A DNA stretch of 64,000 nucleotides from a bacterium (GCA_021849805.1 JAJZSL010000010.1:292-64291), one strand, 5' to 3'; shown: positions 53,302-63,246, numbered from the stretch's first letter. The notes: a model not told the origin generated them from the sequence alone. Made by a program: numbers and translations.

Positions 53302-53797
53302 TGATTCCTTGACTCTGCTGCATGGGCAGTGGGATATTCTCACCTGAATTCATAGTACTGGAAGGTTTGATTAAGTCAGTGGAGATATCATCAACTTCAC
53401 CAGTAAGAAATAAATGCCACTGAGCAATGATTTCAACAAATTTTTCAAGCAGATTAACAAATTCTCCTCCACTCAAACTAGAAGCAGGTGTTCGATAGGC
53501 AAAATAAACTGTTTGGATATCGGGGCGTGCACTTAACGTTCCGCCGGCAGTGGACGTCCAAAGGAAATTAGATGCTGCAATTTTCCTTAAAATGATTTTT
53601 TCGTGTTCTAGGGGATAAGTTCCAATTTGAGAAAAAATTTTTAGTGACTCATTCTCCTCTTCAAAATCGATGGTCAACGTTGGGCCATTTTCTAATTTCA
53701 GATCAAGCTGAGTAGAAGGGAGCGGATCAGGAAACTCGGGCAAATGACAACTAATGCGAAGTGCTTCCAAAAGAGTAAGGTAAGGCGTTAACGACAT
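53291..53797 (-). CDS. CesT/Tir-chaperone family type III secretion chaperone
   Basis: Small acidic protein; ..SNFLW..TAGGTLS motif and C-terminal amphipathic F.NLLE.F.....W helix. Confidence 0.78.
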   Translation of the reverse strand: MSLTPYLTLLEALRISCHLPEFPDPLPSTQLDLKLENGPTLTIDFEEENESLKIFSQIGTYPLEHEKIILRKIAASNFLWTSTAGGTLSARPDIQTVYFAYRTPASSLSGGEFVNLLEKFVEIIAQWHLFLTGEVDDISTDLIKPSSTMNSGENIPLPMQQSQGIIIG

Positions 53798-53871
53798 ATA
53801 GAAAAACGATGCTACTGGATAGTTCGTAAGGGATATAGAAAATTCTCACTCCTTTTCAATCAGCTCCGAAG

Positions 53872-54040
53872 TTATCGTTTATTCAATTAGAGAAGGCAGA
53901 TCATCAGATTCCTCTTTTTCCCTAGGACTGCATTTTCAAATCGTGCGTTAACGTTAGATAGTGCTTTGATTTTCGGCCCCCCTTGCCCTAAGAAAAAAAT
54001 TCTCTGCACCTAATATGTTTTCTCAATGGAACACACTCTC
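53872..54040 (+). mobile_element. Decayed palindromic element, subfamily A
   Basis: Colinear with 8828-8996: ATCATCAG..CCTAGGACTGC..TCAAATC..GATAGTGCTTTGATTTTCGGCC..CCTTGCCCTAAGAAAAAA..CCTAAT..ACACT. Confidence 0.82.
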
Positions 54041-54093
54041 TTTGATAAGATCAGGCTTCTTGGTCCTTATGTTCTCCGAGAGTCAGAAGGAAT

Positions 54094-56478
54094 CTACTTG
54101 AGCAGTCGATATTCTTCACGAGCTTTATTAGCTTTTTCTTGGTTATTTTCATGTTCATAGATCTCAATGATTCGCTGGAGTGCTTCCTTGAGAAAGAGAT
54201 GATCTTCAGTCAAGAGTGTAACGGCTTGATACGACTTCAGAGCAGCATCGTATTCTTGCTCGGAAAAAAGGAGATCTCCTAGTAACAGGCGAGCTTTTAT
54301 ATTGATTGCTCCCTCTGGTTGCAAGAGTAGTGTTTCTTGAATCAAGGAAGTAGCTTGAGAATAATTTTTTAGTCCTTTCTCAAGAGTGGCCAGTGCCATG
54401 GTGGCTTCTGCTCGAGCAGCTGGATCACGTGAAAGTTCTAATGCCTTTTGAGCAGGCTCTCTGGCTTCTTGAAATTTTTTTTCTTGAAGTAAGATTTTAG
54501 TGAGTGCTAGTGCAACATGGTAATTAATGAGTCCCTCTTGAGGACGTTTCATAACAAGAGAGAGCCATTGCTCTGCTGATGATTCTTTTCCTTGCTCGTA
54601 GAGTTTTAGTCCAAGCCATTGTGCTATTGCTAGTGGGAGAGAAGCTGCAGGCAGCGTTATGGCTTCTTGGTTTGTTTCACTGACTTCTCCTAAATAATAG
54701 TGAGCAAGCAGTAATCGTAGGGTAGCGCGTTCTCCAAGCTCTTTTTTATTCAGTAAACGAGCTTTCTCTAAAAAAGGAATAGCTTCTTTGTAGTCTTTTG
54801 TTTCAAAAGCAGTCCAACCTATCCAGAAATTAGCTTGAGCTGCTGCTGAAGTTTGAGGGTAGGAGGCTAGGAGCTCTTGAAAGGTTGCTCTCATCTCTTT
54901 ATTTTCTTGGAGTTCTCCGTGAAGCAGCGCTTTTTGTAGGAGAGCTATTTCACCTTCTTGAGATTTTGGATAATTTTTTATGAGGGTAGTGTAATCCGCA
55001 AGAGCTAGAGCAATATCTTTTCTTTCTTGAGCAAGTCGAGCATGCTCAAGAAGTGCGAGGGGCATTTGAGGAGATTGAGGGAATGTTTTTATCCAGGTTG
55101 ATAATAGAAGAAATGCTTTCTGAGGCTCTCCTGCTCTACTCCAAGACCAAGCTTCCTTGTAGAGAATTTCTGATTTTAACTCAGTGGAAAGATTACTGCT
55201 ACTCAAGGAATCATAAGTTTCTGCTGCTGCTGAATAATTGCCTAATTGAAAAAGAGCTTCTGCTTTGAGAAGGAGAGCTTGAGTTTGAGCATTCAGATCG
55301 TGTTGATGACTTAAAAATATTTCTATTTCTTGAAGTAGTTTTGGATCCTCTAAGGAACGAAGGGCTTTAAGACGTAGAAGAGAAGCTTGTTTGGCTTCTT
55401 CTGAATCTGGAACTTCTTGGATAAGCCGATCACAAAGGGAACTTGTTTTCTTAAAATTTTTCAGTTCTTCTGCTGCTTGAGCTGTTAGTAGAAGAGCTTG
55501 AGCTTTTGTTTCCATCTTAGTACTGAGGATGGCATGCTCACTATTATTAATGACTTGCTGATAATCTTTTTTTTCAAAAGCCAATCTCATCAAGCCAAGA
55601 GAAGCAATGTCACTCCATTCCTTGGCTTCATTCAAAGAAGTTACTTGGTGAAATAATCGTTCTGCTTCCTCTTTTTTTCCTAAGCGTTGATTCATCATCG
55701 CAGCTCTTACTAAGCCCTCTGCAGCGATGATGCCTGAGCTCTCTTTTCCAAGTGATTCATAAAGCTCTTCTGCTTGCTGAAGATGCCCCTTTTTTTCTTC
55801 ATAGTAAGCAAGAGCTAGCTTTGCTTGGAAACGACTAGGACTCTCTTCCTGAGCAACTTGTTTTAAAAGATCCATAGCTTTTTCCTCCTCTCCGAGTTGG
55901 TCGTAGCAGAGTGCTTGAGCGTAGCGTGCTGCGTTTTTGACTTTTGGATCATTGGTTAGTGAAGCCGCTTCTGCAAAATAGAGAGCAGCTTGAGATTTCT
56001 CTTGACGTGCTTGGTAGGATTCTCCCAATCGATAAGCTGCTCCTGCTGCAAAGATTCCACTGGGAGTTTCTTCAAGCAACTGCCTATAAGTTTCCTCTGC
56101 AGCCAGTTTTTGGCCAAGTTTACGTTGACATTCTGCTAGTCGAAAAAGAGCTTGATTGCGCTGAGCCTGATGAGGAGTTGTTTGTTGCAGGAATCGTTGA
56201 TACTCAAGAAGAGCAGTAGAAAATTCCTCACGATCATAGCATCTATCAGCAGCAAGAAGCTGGGCTAGTTTTTTTTCTTCTTCAGTAAGGGAAACACTGG
56301 GAGCAAGTCGAATATCTGAAGAGGTAGAGTTAGAACTCCCACTATTTGATTGTTCCGTGGGGTGAGTAGGAGCTGAAATGAAAAGAGCCCGTCGCACTTG
56401 GGGTTCTCTGGCTATTAATACCATTGAGAGGAGAAACCAAAGCAAGAAGAAAGTAGCATGAGGAATCAGAGATCTCAT
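54094..56478 (-). CDS. Exported multi-TPR protein (CpoB/BamD-like repeats)
   Basis: Signal peptide; many TPRs (ALFRLAEC, AAYRLGE, Y..LI.NYP.S). Confidence 0.88.
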   Translation of the reverse strand: MRSLIPHATFFLLWFLLSMVLIAREPQVRRALFISAPTHPTEQSNSGSSNSTSSDIRLAPSVSLTEEEKKLAQLLAADRCYDREEFSTALLEYQRFLQQTTPHQAQRNQALFRLAECQRKLGQKLAAEETYRQLLEETPSGIFAAGAAYRLGESYQARQEKSQAALYFAEAASLTNDPKVKNAARYAQALCYDQLGEEEKAMDLLKQVAQEESPSRFQAKLALAYYEEKKGHLQQAEELYESLGKESSGIIAAEGLVRAAMMNQRLGKKEEAERLFHQVTSLNEAKEWSDIASLGLMRLAFEKKDYQQVINNSEHAILSTKMETKAQALLLTAQAAEELKNFKKTSSLCDRLIQEVPDSEEAKQASLLRLKALRSLEDPKLLQEIEIFLSHQHDLNAQTQALLLKAEALFQLGNYSAAAETYDSLSSSNLSTELKSEILYKEAWSWSRAGEPQKAFLLLSTWIKTFPQSPQMPLALLEHARLAQERKDIALALADYTTLIKNYPKSQEGEIALLQKALLHGELQENKEMRATFQELLASYPQTSAAAQANFWIGWTAFETKDYKEAIPFLEKARLLNKKELGERATLRLLLAHYYLGEVSETNQEAITLPAASLPLAIAQWLGLKLYEQGKESSAEQWLSLVMKRPQEGLINYHVALALTKILLQEKKFQEAREPAQKALELSRDPAARAEATMALATLEKGLKNYSQATSLIQETLLLQPEGAINIKARLLLGDLLFSEQEYDAALKSYQAVTLLTEDHLFLKEALQRIIEIYEHENNQEKANKAREEYRLLK

Positions 56479-56924
56479 TGCTCTGCTTGAGTTGCAAGGG
56501 AGGGGAGCTCTGATTTTTCTTTACTGGTTGCAAAAGCAATATTCCAAATATTGGCACTACGACAGATATCAAGTACTTCAATGATGTGGCTATAGGGCAC
56601 TTTTTCATCTCCTCGTAAGATAATTGCTTGATCAGGATAGAGCGCTGAAATACGTGTGAGGGTTGCTCTCAATTCTTTTGGTGAGAAGAGACGTTGATTC
56701 ATGATCATGACCCCATCTGCTTTCACATTGATAATGACTTCTCCGGGGGAGCGGCAACTTTCTTTGCCTTCTTTGGCCACGGGAACTTGCACATCAAGTT
56801 CTGTTTCGTAGCGTGCAAATGTCCAAGTCAGCATGAAGAATCCAAGCAGTACCAGTAAGATGTCCACCATAGGAGCAATGAGAAATCCTTTTGGTTCTAA
56901 GAGCACACGAGTTCGAAAGTTCAT
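56475..56924 (-). CDS. exbD: Biopolymer transport protein ExbD/TolR
   Basis: PMVDILLVLL.FFML, IILRGD..V.Y..I..VLD. Confidence 0.93.
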   Translation of the reverse strand: MNFRTRVLLEPKGFLIAPMVDILLVLLGFFMLTWTFARYETELDVQVPVAKEGKESCRSPGEVIINVKADGVMIMNQRLFSPKELRATLTRISALYPDQAIILRGDEKVPYSHIIEVLDICRSANIWNIAFATSKEKSELPSLATQAEQ

Positions 56925-56944
56925 CAGTAGATTCACTTAATCAA

Positions 56945-57035
56945 AGCACACTGGCAACTTGCTCTTTTTCTAAGGGAGGTGGCTTTGAGTATTTTATAGT
57001 CTCTTCAAATAGTGCTTGTCGCTTGGATATTGAGC
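56945..57035 (+). repeat. Possible highly decayed subfamily A fragment
   Basis: CAACTTGCTCTTTTTCTAAGG and ATAGTGCTT at the same ~50-bp spacing as in the 8828 copy. Confidence 0.4.
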
Positions 57036-57068
57036 AACATTGAGTTTTTTTTAGAACACTTTTTTGTC

Positions 57069-58220
57069 TTATTTTAGTGCTTTTTCCAAATCTTCTTTCA
57101 AATCCTCTAGTGCTTCAATGCCGACGGAAAGACGAACAAAACCATCGCTAATCCCCAGAAGTTCTCTTTGTTCTTTTGGAAGAGCAAGGTGTGTCATCAA
57201 TGCTGGATGTTCAATGAGACTTTCGACTCCTCCTAGGCTTTCTGCAAGAGTGAAGAGTTCCGTGCGCTCTAGAAAAGCCTTTGTTTGGTCAAGGGTACAT
57301 TTTAATTCTAAAGAAATCATGCCTCCAAAGCCGGACATTTGTTCACAAGCAAGTGCATGTTGAGGATGGCTCTTGAGGCCAGGATAGAAGACACGAGCAA
57401 CTCGAGGATGTTTCTCCAGCCAACTAGCCAATTCCATGGCACTCTCATTGTGTCGCTCCATGCGTAGAGCAAGAGTTTTCACACCGCGTAGAGCCATGAA
57501 ACTATCAAAAGGAGAAGCAATCGCGCCTGTGCTATTCTGTAAAAAGTGGATTTGTGTTGCTAACTCTGGATCGTTGACAACAGCAATCCCATTGACGATA
57601 TCGGAATGCCCATTGATATATTTTGTTGCTGAGTGGAGAACAATATCAAAGCCATATTCGAGAGGACGCTGAATGATGGGAGTCGCAAAGGTATTATCGG
57701 CAACAGCCAAGAGTCCATGTTGTTTAGCAAGAGCGGCAACTTTTCTTAAATCGGCTAACTTGAGCATTGGGTTGGTTGGTGTTTCAACCCAAATCATCTT
57801 TGTATTTTTTTGAATAGCTGCTGCTACGTTCTCTATGTTACTAAAATCAACAAAACTGAGCTCAAGGCCTGCAGAGCGCTTGCGTACACGCTCTAGAAGA
57901 CGGTAGGTGCCACCGTAAAGATCATCACTTGCAATCAGATGGTCTCCTGGTTTGAGGAGTTCTAGGATGGTGGCTATAGCAGCCATTCCTGAAGCAAAGG
58001 CAAATCCTCTGCTGCCACTCTCTAAGTTGGCAAGGCAATCTTCATAAGCACGGCGTGTTGGATTTCCTGTTCGAGAATATTCATAACCACTATGTTTTCC
58101 AGGACTCTCTTGAGCATAGGTCGAGGTCAAGAAAATGGGAGTCATCACAGCGCCAGTAACGGCTTCTGGTTGTTGTCCAGCATGAATAACACGAGTAGGA
58201 AGGAGATGAGGGTGATTCAT
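57069..58220 (-). CDS. Cystathionine gamma-lyase/synthase
   Basis: YEYSRTGNPTR, FASGMAA, DLYGGT, ETPTNP, DNTFATP, HSATKYINGHSD, LAESLGGVESL. Confidence 0.95.
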   Translation of the reverse strand: MNHPHLLPTRVIHAGQQPEAVTGAVMTPIFLTSTYAQESPGKHSGYEYSRTGNPTRRAYEDCLANLESGSRGFAFASGMAAIATILELLKPGDHLIASDDLYGGTYRLLERVRKRSAGLELSFVDFSNIENVAAAIQKNTKMIWVETPTNPMLKLADLRKVAALAKQHGLLAVADNTFATPIIQRPLEYGFDIVLHSATKYINGHSDIVNGIAVVNDPELATQIHFLQNSTGAIASPFDSFMALRGVKTLALRMERHNESAMELASWLEKHPRVARVFYPGLKSHPQHALACEQMSGFGGMISLELKCTLDQTKAFLERTELFTLAESLGGVESLIEHPALMTHLALPKEQRELLGISDGFVRLSVGIEALEDLKEDLEKALK

Positions 58221-58233
58221 TGTTAATGATTTT

Positions 58234-59187
58234 TTAATTGAGAAATCCATGCTCTTGCATCCATGTTTCTTGAACAAATTTGGAGAGGTAGTTACGAACT
58301 CCATCAGCTAGGAGAACAACACATTTCTCCCCTTTCTTAAGTCGCTTGGCTGCTTGAAGTGCTCCCCAGGTTGTGGCACCGCACGACCCGCCAATGAGCA
58401 ATCCTTCTTCGCGGATAAGACGTCGTGCTGTTTGAAAAGACTCCTTGTCACGTGTTTTAATGTACTCATCGACGAGCGAATTATCGAGTACTTTCGGGAA
58501 AAAATCGTAGCCAATTCCTTCTACCTGATAGGGGAATACGTCGCTACCACCTCCTAAAATAGAACCGTAGGGGTCCACTCCAACAATGGTAATTGCTCGA
58601 TTAGCTTCTTTAAGTTTACTAGCGATGCCAGTGATCGATCCACCTGTACCTACAGAAATCACGACCATAGCAAGGCCTTCACCCGCATCCTCCAAAATTT
58701 CTTGAGCCGTTGTTTTATAGTGGATTTGAGGGTTCGCGGGATTGCTATATTGATCAAGAATGTGAGCGTTAGGAATTTCTTGTTGGAGTTTTTTAGCAAG
58801 AGAGATGTGACTCTCTGGTGCATCAAAAGCAGCTTGGCTCGGTGTTCGATAAATAGTGGCTCCAAGAGCTTTGAGAACAACTTCTTTCTCTTGGCTCATT
58901 TTCTCTGGCATCGTGATAATAAGATGATACCCCTTGACAGCAGCAGCAAGAGCGAGGCCAATACCTGTGTTGCCTGAGGTTGCTTCAATGAGCGTATCGC
59001 CTGGTTTGATTTTTCCAGCAGCTTCTGCTTCCTCAATCATGTTCTTAGCAATACGATCCTTAATGGAGCCGCCTGGGTTAAAAAACTCACATTTACCATA
59101 CATTTCACAATCAAGATCTCGAGCAATTCGTTGAAAACGAACAAGAGGAGTTTTACCGATGGTCTCGAGAATAGTATTGTAGAGCAT
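58234..59187 (-). CDS. Cystathionine beta-synthase catalytic core (no heme or Bateman domain)
   Basis: KCEFFNPGGSIKDR, TSGNTGIG, MPEKMS.EK, ILDQY.N..NP..HY, GTGG, VEGIGYDF.P. Confidence 0.88.
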   Translation of the reverse strand: MLYNTILETIGKTPLVRFQRIARDLDCEMYGKCEFFNPGGSIKDRIAKNMIEEAEAAGKIKPGDTLIEATSGNTGIGLALAAAVKGYHLIITMPEKMSQEKEVVLKALGATIYRTPSQAAFDAPESHISLAKKLQQEIPNAHILDQYSNPANPQIHYKTTAQEILEDAGEGLAMVVISVGTGGSITGIASKLKEANRAITIVGVDPYGSILGGGSDVFPYQVEGIGYDFFPKVLDNSLVDEYIKTRDKESFQTARRLIREEGLLIGGSCGATTWGALQAAKRLKKGEKCVVLLADGVRNYLSKFVQETWMQEHGFLN

Positions 59188-59229
59188 AAATATTAAAAAA
59201 TTTTTATTCTTCAGGTTCTATCAGGGAAT

Positions 59230-60129
59230 TCAAGGTTTTTCCTTTTTAGGAAAGGGAGCTCCTAGGATCCAACCTTCTACTTGAAGTTGTTGCTGCAAGA
59301 GGAGGGGGCATTCCTCAATATTGAACAAGGAGGGGTTTTTCTTCAAAAAGTAGCGCATGCCAGCAGCTGTTGCTAAAGCGTCAGCTTGATGATCACTAAG
59401 ATTATTCATTTTGCAGGAGGTGGATTGATAAAAGAAAAGGAGTTCTTTTAGTTTTTCCATGCTACGAATTTTTGAGGAACCACTATTGGCTCGTTGAAGA
59501 AAGAGACGAGGATAGATTTCTGTCACCACGATGGTTGCTCTCGAGCAGGAGGCTGAGGTATCAAAAGGCCAAAAAGCAATCTTTTCTTGCAGCTCTTTTT
59601 TTAAAAAATGAGCCATCCTCATTGCTGCCAAGCCACCTTTACCCACTTGTTTGGCTCCTAGTAGCTTCAGTGGAGATTCAGGAGTTCCCAAGCATTCTGC
59701 TCTGCAGGCCAGTTCCGTTTGACGACGTAGGGATGAAAAAGAGGAAGGTTGTTTCCCCTGCGTCCAAAAATCATGACAAAAAAGCGATTCTTTCCAAAAC
59801 GTAGAAGCGTAAAAATTTTCTTCACCTTGACAGTGTTCATCGATTATTTGCCAAAGTTCTTGTGCTTTTTTTAGCTTAGGAAGTCGCGTTTTTAGAAAAC
59901 CAGCAGCATAACCAAGGTTGCTATCAATGCCAATGAGCAAGCGCTTAGAGCAATCTGCTTGCCTAAGAATCCATGTTGCTACGCTGCTACGAGACCATTG
60001 TTTTTCTGGAGGTGCAATAAGAGTGACCTTCTTTTTGTCCGCGAGAGCTTCTGCCAGAGCAATGCTTGAAGTATGTAGCTCCTGAGCTCCTGACCAATCA
60101 ATAGCAATGTAGGCATGAAAAGAAGTCAT
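59230..60129 (-). CDS. Hypothetical RNase H-fold (DUF429-like) predicted nuclease
   Basis: Acidic motifs AIDWSGA, IGIDS..GY, EIYP, DH.ADA. Confidence 0.6.
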   Translation of the reverse strand: MTSFHAYIAIDWSGAQELHTSSIALAEALADKKKVTLIAPPEKQWSRSSVATWILRQADCSKRLLIGIDSNLGYAAGFLKTRLPKLKKAQELWQIIDEHCQGEENFYASTFWKESLFCHDFWTQGKQPSSFSSLRRQTELACRAECLGTPESPLKLLGAKQVGKGGLAAMRMAHFLKKELQEKIAFWPFDTSASCSRATIVVTEIYPRLFLQRANSGSSKIRSMEKLKELLFFYQSTSCKMNNLSDHQADALATAAGMRYFLKKNPSLFNIEECPLLLQQQLQVEGWILGAPFPKKEKP

Positions 60130-60151
60130 CAGAAAAAATCATAAAAAGAAG

Positions 60152-61678
60152 CTATAAGAGCTCTTGTTTTATTTTTGAGAAAATGATCTTGGCTTGTTCT
60201 TGAATGGCCTCTTTTTTCTCTTTAGGAAATTTTCTCCAAGTGGCAAGGATAGTGTTGAGACGTTGATTTTTCTCAAATAGTGAAGCATGTCGTGCCATGA
60301 AGTCCCAATAGAGGGCATTGAAGGGACAAGCACGCTCGCCCAAAAGAAGGTTGGGATCATAGGAACAGTGTGGACAATAGTTGCTCATACGGTGAATGTA
60401 TTTGCCGCTAGCAGCGTAGGGTTTGCTAGCGACAATTCCTCCATCGCCAAAGAGGGCCATACCCAGTGTATTGGGCATTTCCACCCACTCATAAGCATCA
60501 GAGTAGACTCCGAGGTACCATTCTTGAACTTCACGAACATCCAGAGCGGCAAGAAGTGCAAAATTTCCAGTGATCATCAATCGCTGGATATGGTGTGAGT
60601 AAGCATGCTCTTGAGTATGGGTGACTGCTTGGTGAACACAGAACATGGAGGTCTCTGCTGTCCAGTAAAAGGAAGGAAGCTTATTAGTAGCTTTAAGAAA
60701 ATTTAGTTTTCCGTAGTTGGGCATCTCCAGCCAGTAAATACCACGAATAAATTCTCTCCATCCTAAGATTTGACGAATGAACCCCTCGGCAGCATTGAGA
60801 GGAATTTTTCCTTGGTAGTAGGCATCTTGAGCTCTTTGGCAAACTTCCAAAGGAAGGAGTAGTCCAATATTGAGGTAGGAGGAGAGTAGCGAGTGATAGA
60901 GATACGGTTCGCCAGCAACCATGGCATCTTGATAGTCTCCAAAGTGTGGGAGAATATTTTCAATAAAATCTTCTAATTCTAAGAGAGCTTCTTCTCGCGT
61001 GAGAGCATAGTAGAAAGGGCGTAATGTTCCAAAGTGAGTGCTATACTCATGCTCAACAAGAGCTAAGACTTCTTTGAGAATAGGAGATGCTCGATGAGCT
61101 AATCTTTTGGGAAAGTGCAGTTGACCCTTGGGAGGCTTACGATTTTCTTGATCAAAATTCCACTTTCCTCCTTCTGGCTTTCCCTCATCATCAAGAAGAA
61201 TGCGATATCGCTGACGCATCTCACGATAGAAATACTCCATGCGAAGTTGCTTTTTGTTGTGAGCCCAACGCCTAAAATCGCTTTTGCTTGCTAGAAAGCG
61301 ATCATCTTCCAAAAGCTCGATAGGAATTTGCGTTTGAAGTTTTTTGATCTCCTCCAGTGTCTTCCATTCACTCGGTTCGGTCACGATGATCTTTTGGTAA
61401 TTTCCTTCCTCAAAAAGAGGAATGATCTCCTCAAGGAGGGAAGGATATTTTCGTTGGTGAGTGACGGAGAGCTCCTTCACGTTGAATCCTTCTTCTCGAA
61501 GAGTGCAAGCGAAGTGCCTCATGCAGGCTAGCGCAAAAGCAATTTTTTTTTGATGATGAGCAGGAGCAGATTCAACTGATTCCAAGCAGAGCACAGTATC
61601 TATTCCTGGGCGAGCTCTCTTGAGTGCAGTAAGAGAGAGGGAGAGTTGATCTTTGAAAAGGAGGATGAGATTTTTCAT
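60152..61678 (-). CDS. FeS-BCP cryptochrome/photolyase (prokaryotic (6-4) photolyase, PhrB/CryB-like)
   Basis: DQL, HHQKKI, RMEYFYR.MR, GGKWNFD.ENRK, FGDYQDAM, HHIQRLM, four Cys (MFC, YC..C, ACPFN). Confidence 0.93.
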   Translation of the reverse strand: MKNLILLFKDQLSLSLTALKRARPGIDTVLCLESVESAPAHHQKKIAFALACMRHFACTLREEGFNVKELSVTHQRKYPSLLEEIIPLFEEGNYQKIIVTEPSEWKTLEEIKKLQTQIPIELLEDDRFLASKSDFRRWAHNKKQLRMEYFYREMRQRYRILLDDEGKPEGGKWNFDQENRKPPKGQLHFPKRLAHRASPILKEVLALVEHEYSTHFGTLRPFYYALTREEALLELEDFIENILPHFGDYQDAMVAGEPYLYHSLLSSYLNIGLLLPLEVCQRAQDAYYQGKIPLNAAEGFIRQILGWREFIRGIYWLEMPNYGKLNFLKATNKLPSFYWTAETSMFCVHQAVTHTQEHAYSHHIQRLMITGNFALLAALDVREVQEWYLGVYSDAYEWVEMPNTLGMALFGDGGIVASKPYAASGKYIHRMSNYCPHCSYDPNLLLGERACPFNALYWDFMARHASLFEKNQRLNTILATWRKFPKEKKEAIQEQAKIIFSKIKQELL

Positions 61679-61689
61679 GACGTAGGTTC

Positions 61690-63246
61690 TCAATGCTGTT
61701 CTGGAGTTGAAGAGGGAATCATTTTTTTGATGAGAGCTGCCAATTTAGGGCCTATCTTAGGATGATCAGCAAGCTCTTGAAAACTTCGTTGACCAAGGCG
61801 ATGAACACTGCCAAATGTCCGAAGAATCAACTTTTTCTTTGCGTCACTAATACCAGGAATCATATCAAGAGTACTTTGAGAGATGCGTCTCTTGAGTAAA
61901 ATTTCATGATACCCATTGGCAATTCGGTGAGCTTCATCGCGGATACGCTGTAGCAGCCGTAGAGCACCATTATTTTTGTCTAATCTCTTGGGGTTTTCCT
62001 CTTGAGGAGTATAAATTTCTTCAAATTCTTTTGCTAAACCAATAATAGGAATATCAGAGAGTCCTAGTGTACGAAGTTCGCGGCAGGCCACACTGAGCTG
62101 ACCTCTACCTCCGTCAACAATGATCAAATCAGGAAGAGGAGAGTGCTTGCCTTCCGCTTGATAAGATCGACGTAAAAAGAGAAAAAGTGATTCTTGAGTA
62201 TTCTCGCTTTGATGTAGTTCCTTGACCTCACTAAGAAGCCGAGCGTAGCGTCGTCGAACGACTTCAGCCATGGCGATGAAGTCATCTTGACCTTGTGTAC
62301 TGGTGATGCGGTAGCGGCGATAGTTTTTTTTCTCAGGAATTCCGTTTCTAAATTGAACCATGGAAGCAACACAATGTGTTTTCGAAAGATTAGAAATATC
62401 AAAGCACTCCATGACGCGTGGCTCATAGGGAAGACATAGGACTCGTTGAAGTTCGATAAGATCAGCTTCTGGATCGATGCTCACTGGCAGTGATTTTCGA
62501 GTGAAGCGTCGCGTTGGTTTGGCTGTTTCCTCGAGGCTACGGAGAAGATTGCGCAGTGATGCGGCTTTTTCAAAATCGAGTTGCTCGGCAGCTTTCTTCA
62601 TTTCTAGAGTCACCTGCTCAATGATGGAGCGTGATTTTCCTTCTAAAAAACGACAAGCTTCTAGAACTCGCTCTTGATATTCTTCTCTGCTGACACGTTG
62701 AATACAAGGGGCTGAGCAGTTTTGAATAACGTGATCGAGGCAATGTTTAAAATCTTTTTCGGTTGGTTCAAGTGGGTGACAAGAGCGAATTCCAAATTGT
62801 TTGATTAACGCTCTAACGGTCTTACGAAGGGCACTCTCATTAGGGAAAGGACCAAAGTAACGAGCTCCATCTTCTTTGCGTAAGCGTACAAATTCAAAGC
62901 GTGGGAAGGGATCACTTAAACGAACACGAACCATAGGAAAGCGTTTATCATCACGAAAGCTGATATTATACTTCGGTCTCCACTCTTTGATGAGCTTTCC
63001 TTCAAAGAGAATGGCTTCCGTATCACTTTTAACAAGGTGGTACTCAAAATCATGAATGCTCTCAATGAGCGCTCGTGTTTTAAGGTCAGCACGCTTGATA
63101 CTTGATGGCGTGAAGTAATTGGCTAGTCGCTTTCGCAAATCGCGTGCTTTACCAACATAAATAATACGATCGAGCCGGTCTCTCATCAAATAGACTCCAG
63201 GACGGTGAGGGACAGAGCGGAGTTTTGTAATAAGGTGATGATTCAT
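61690..63246 (-). CDS. uvrC: Excinuclease ABC subunit C
   Basis: GIY-YIG (PGVYLM..IIYVGKA), FEKAA..R, ECFDIS, DGG.GQ, RDEAHR, HhH IPGI. Confidence 0.97.
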   Translation of the reverse strand: MNHHLITKLRSVPHRPGVYLMRDRLDRIIYVGKARDLRKRLANYFTPSSIKRADLKTRALIESIHDFEYHLVKSDTEAILFEGKLIKEWRPKYNISFRDDKRFPMVRVRLSDPFPRFEFVRLRKEDGARYFGPFPNESALRKTVRALIKQFGIRSCHPLEPTEKDFKHCLDHVIQNCSAPCIQRVSREEYQERVLEACRFLEGKSRSIIEQVTLEMKKAAEQLDFEKAASLRNLLRSLEETAKPTRRFTRKSLPVSIDPEADLIELQRVLCLPYEPRVMECFDISNLSKTHCVASMVQFRNGIPEKKNYRRYRITSTQGQDDFIAMAEVVRRRYARLLSEVKELHQSENTQESLFLFLRRSYQAEGKHSPLPDLIIVDGGRGQLSVACRELRTLGLSDIPIIGLAKEFEEIYTPQEENPKRLDKNNGALRLLQRIRDEAHRIANGYHEILLKRRISQSTLDMIPGISDAKKKLILRTFGSVHRLGQRSFQELADHPKIGPKLAALIKKMIPSSTPEQH

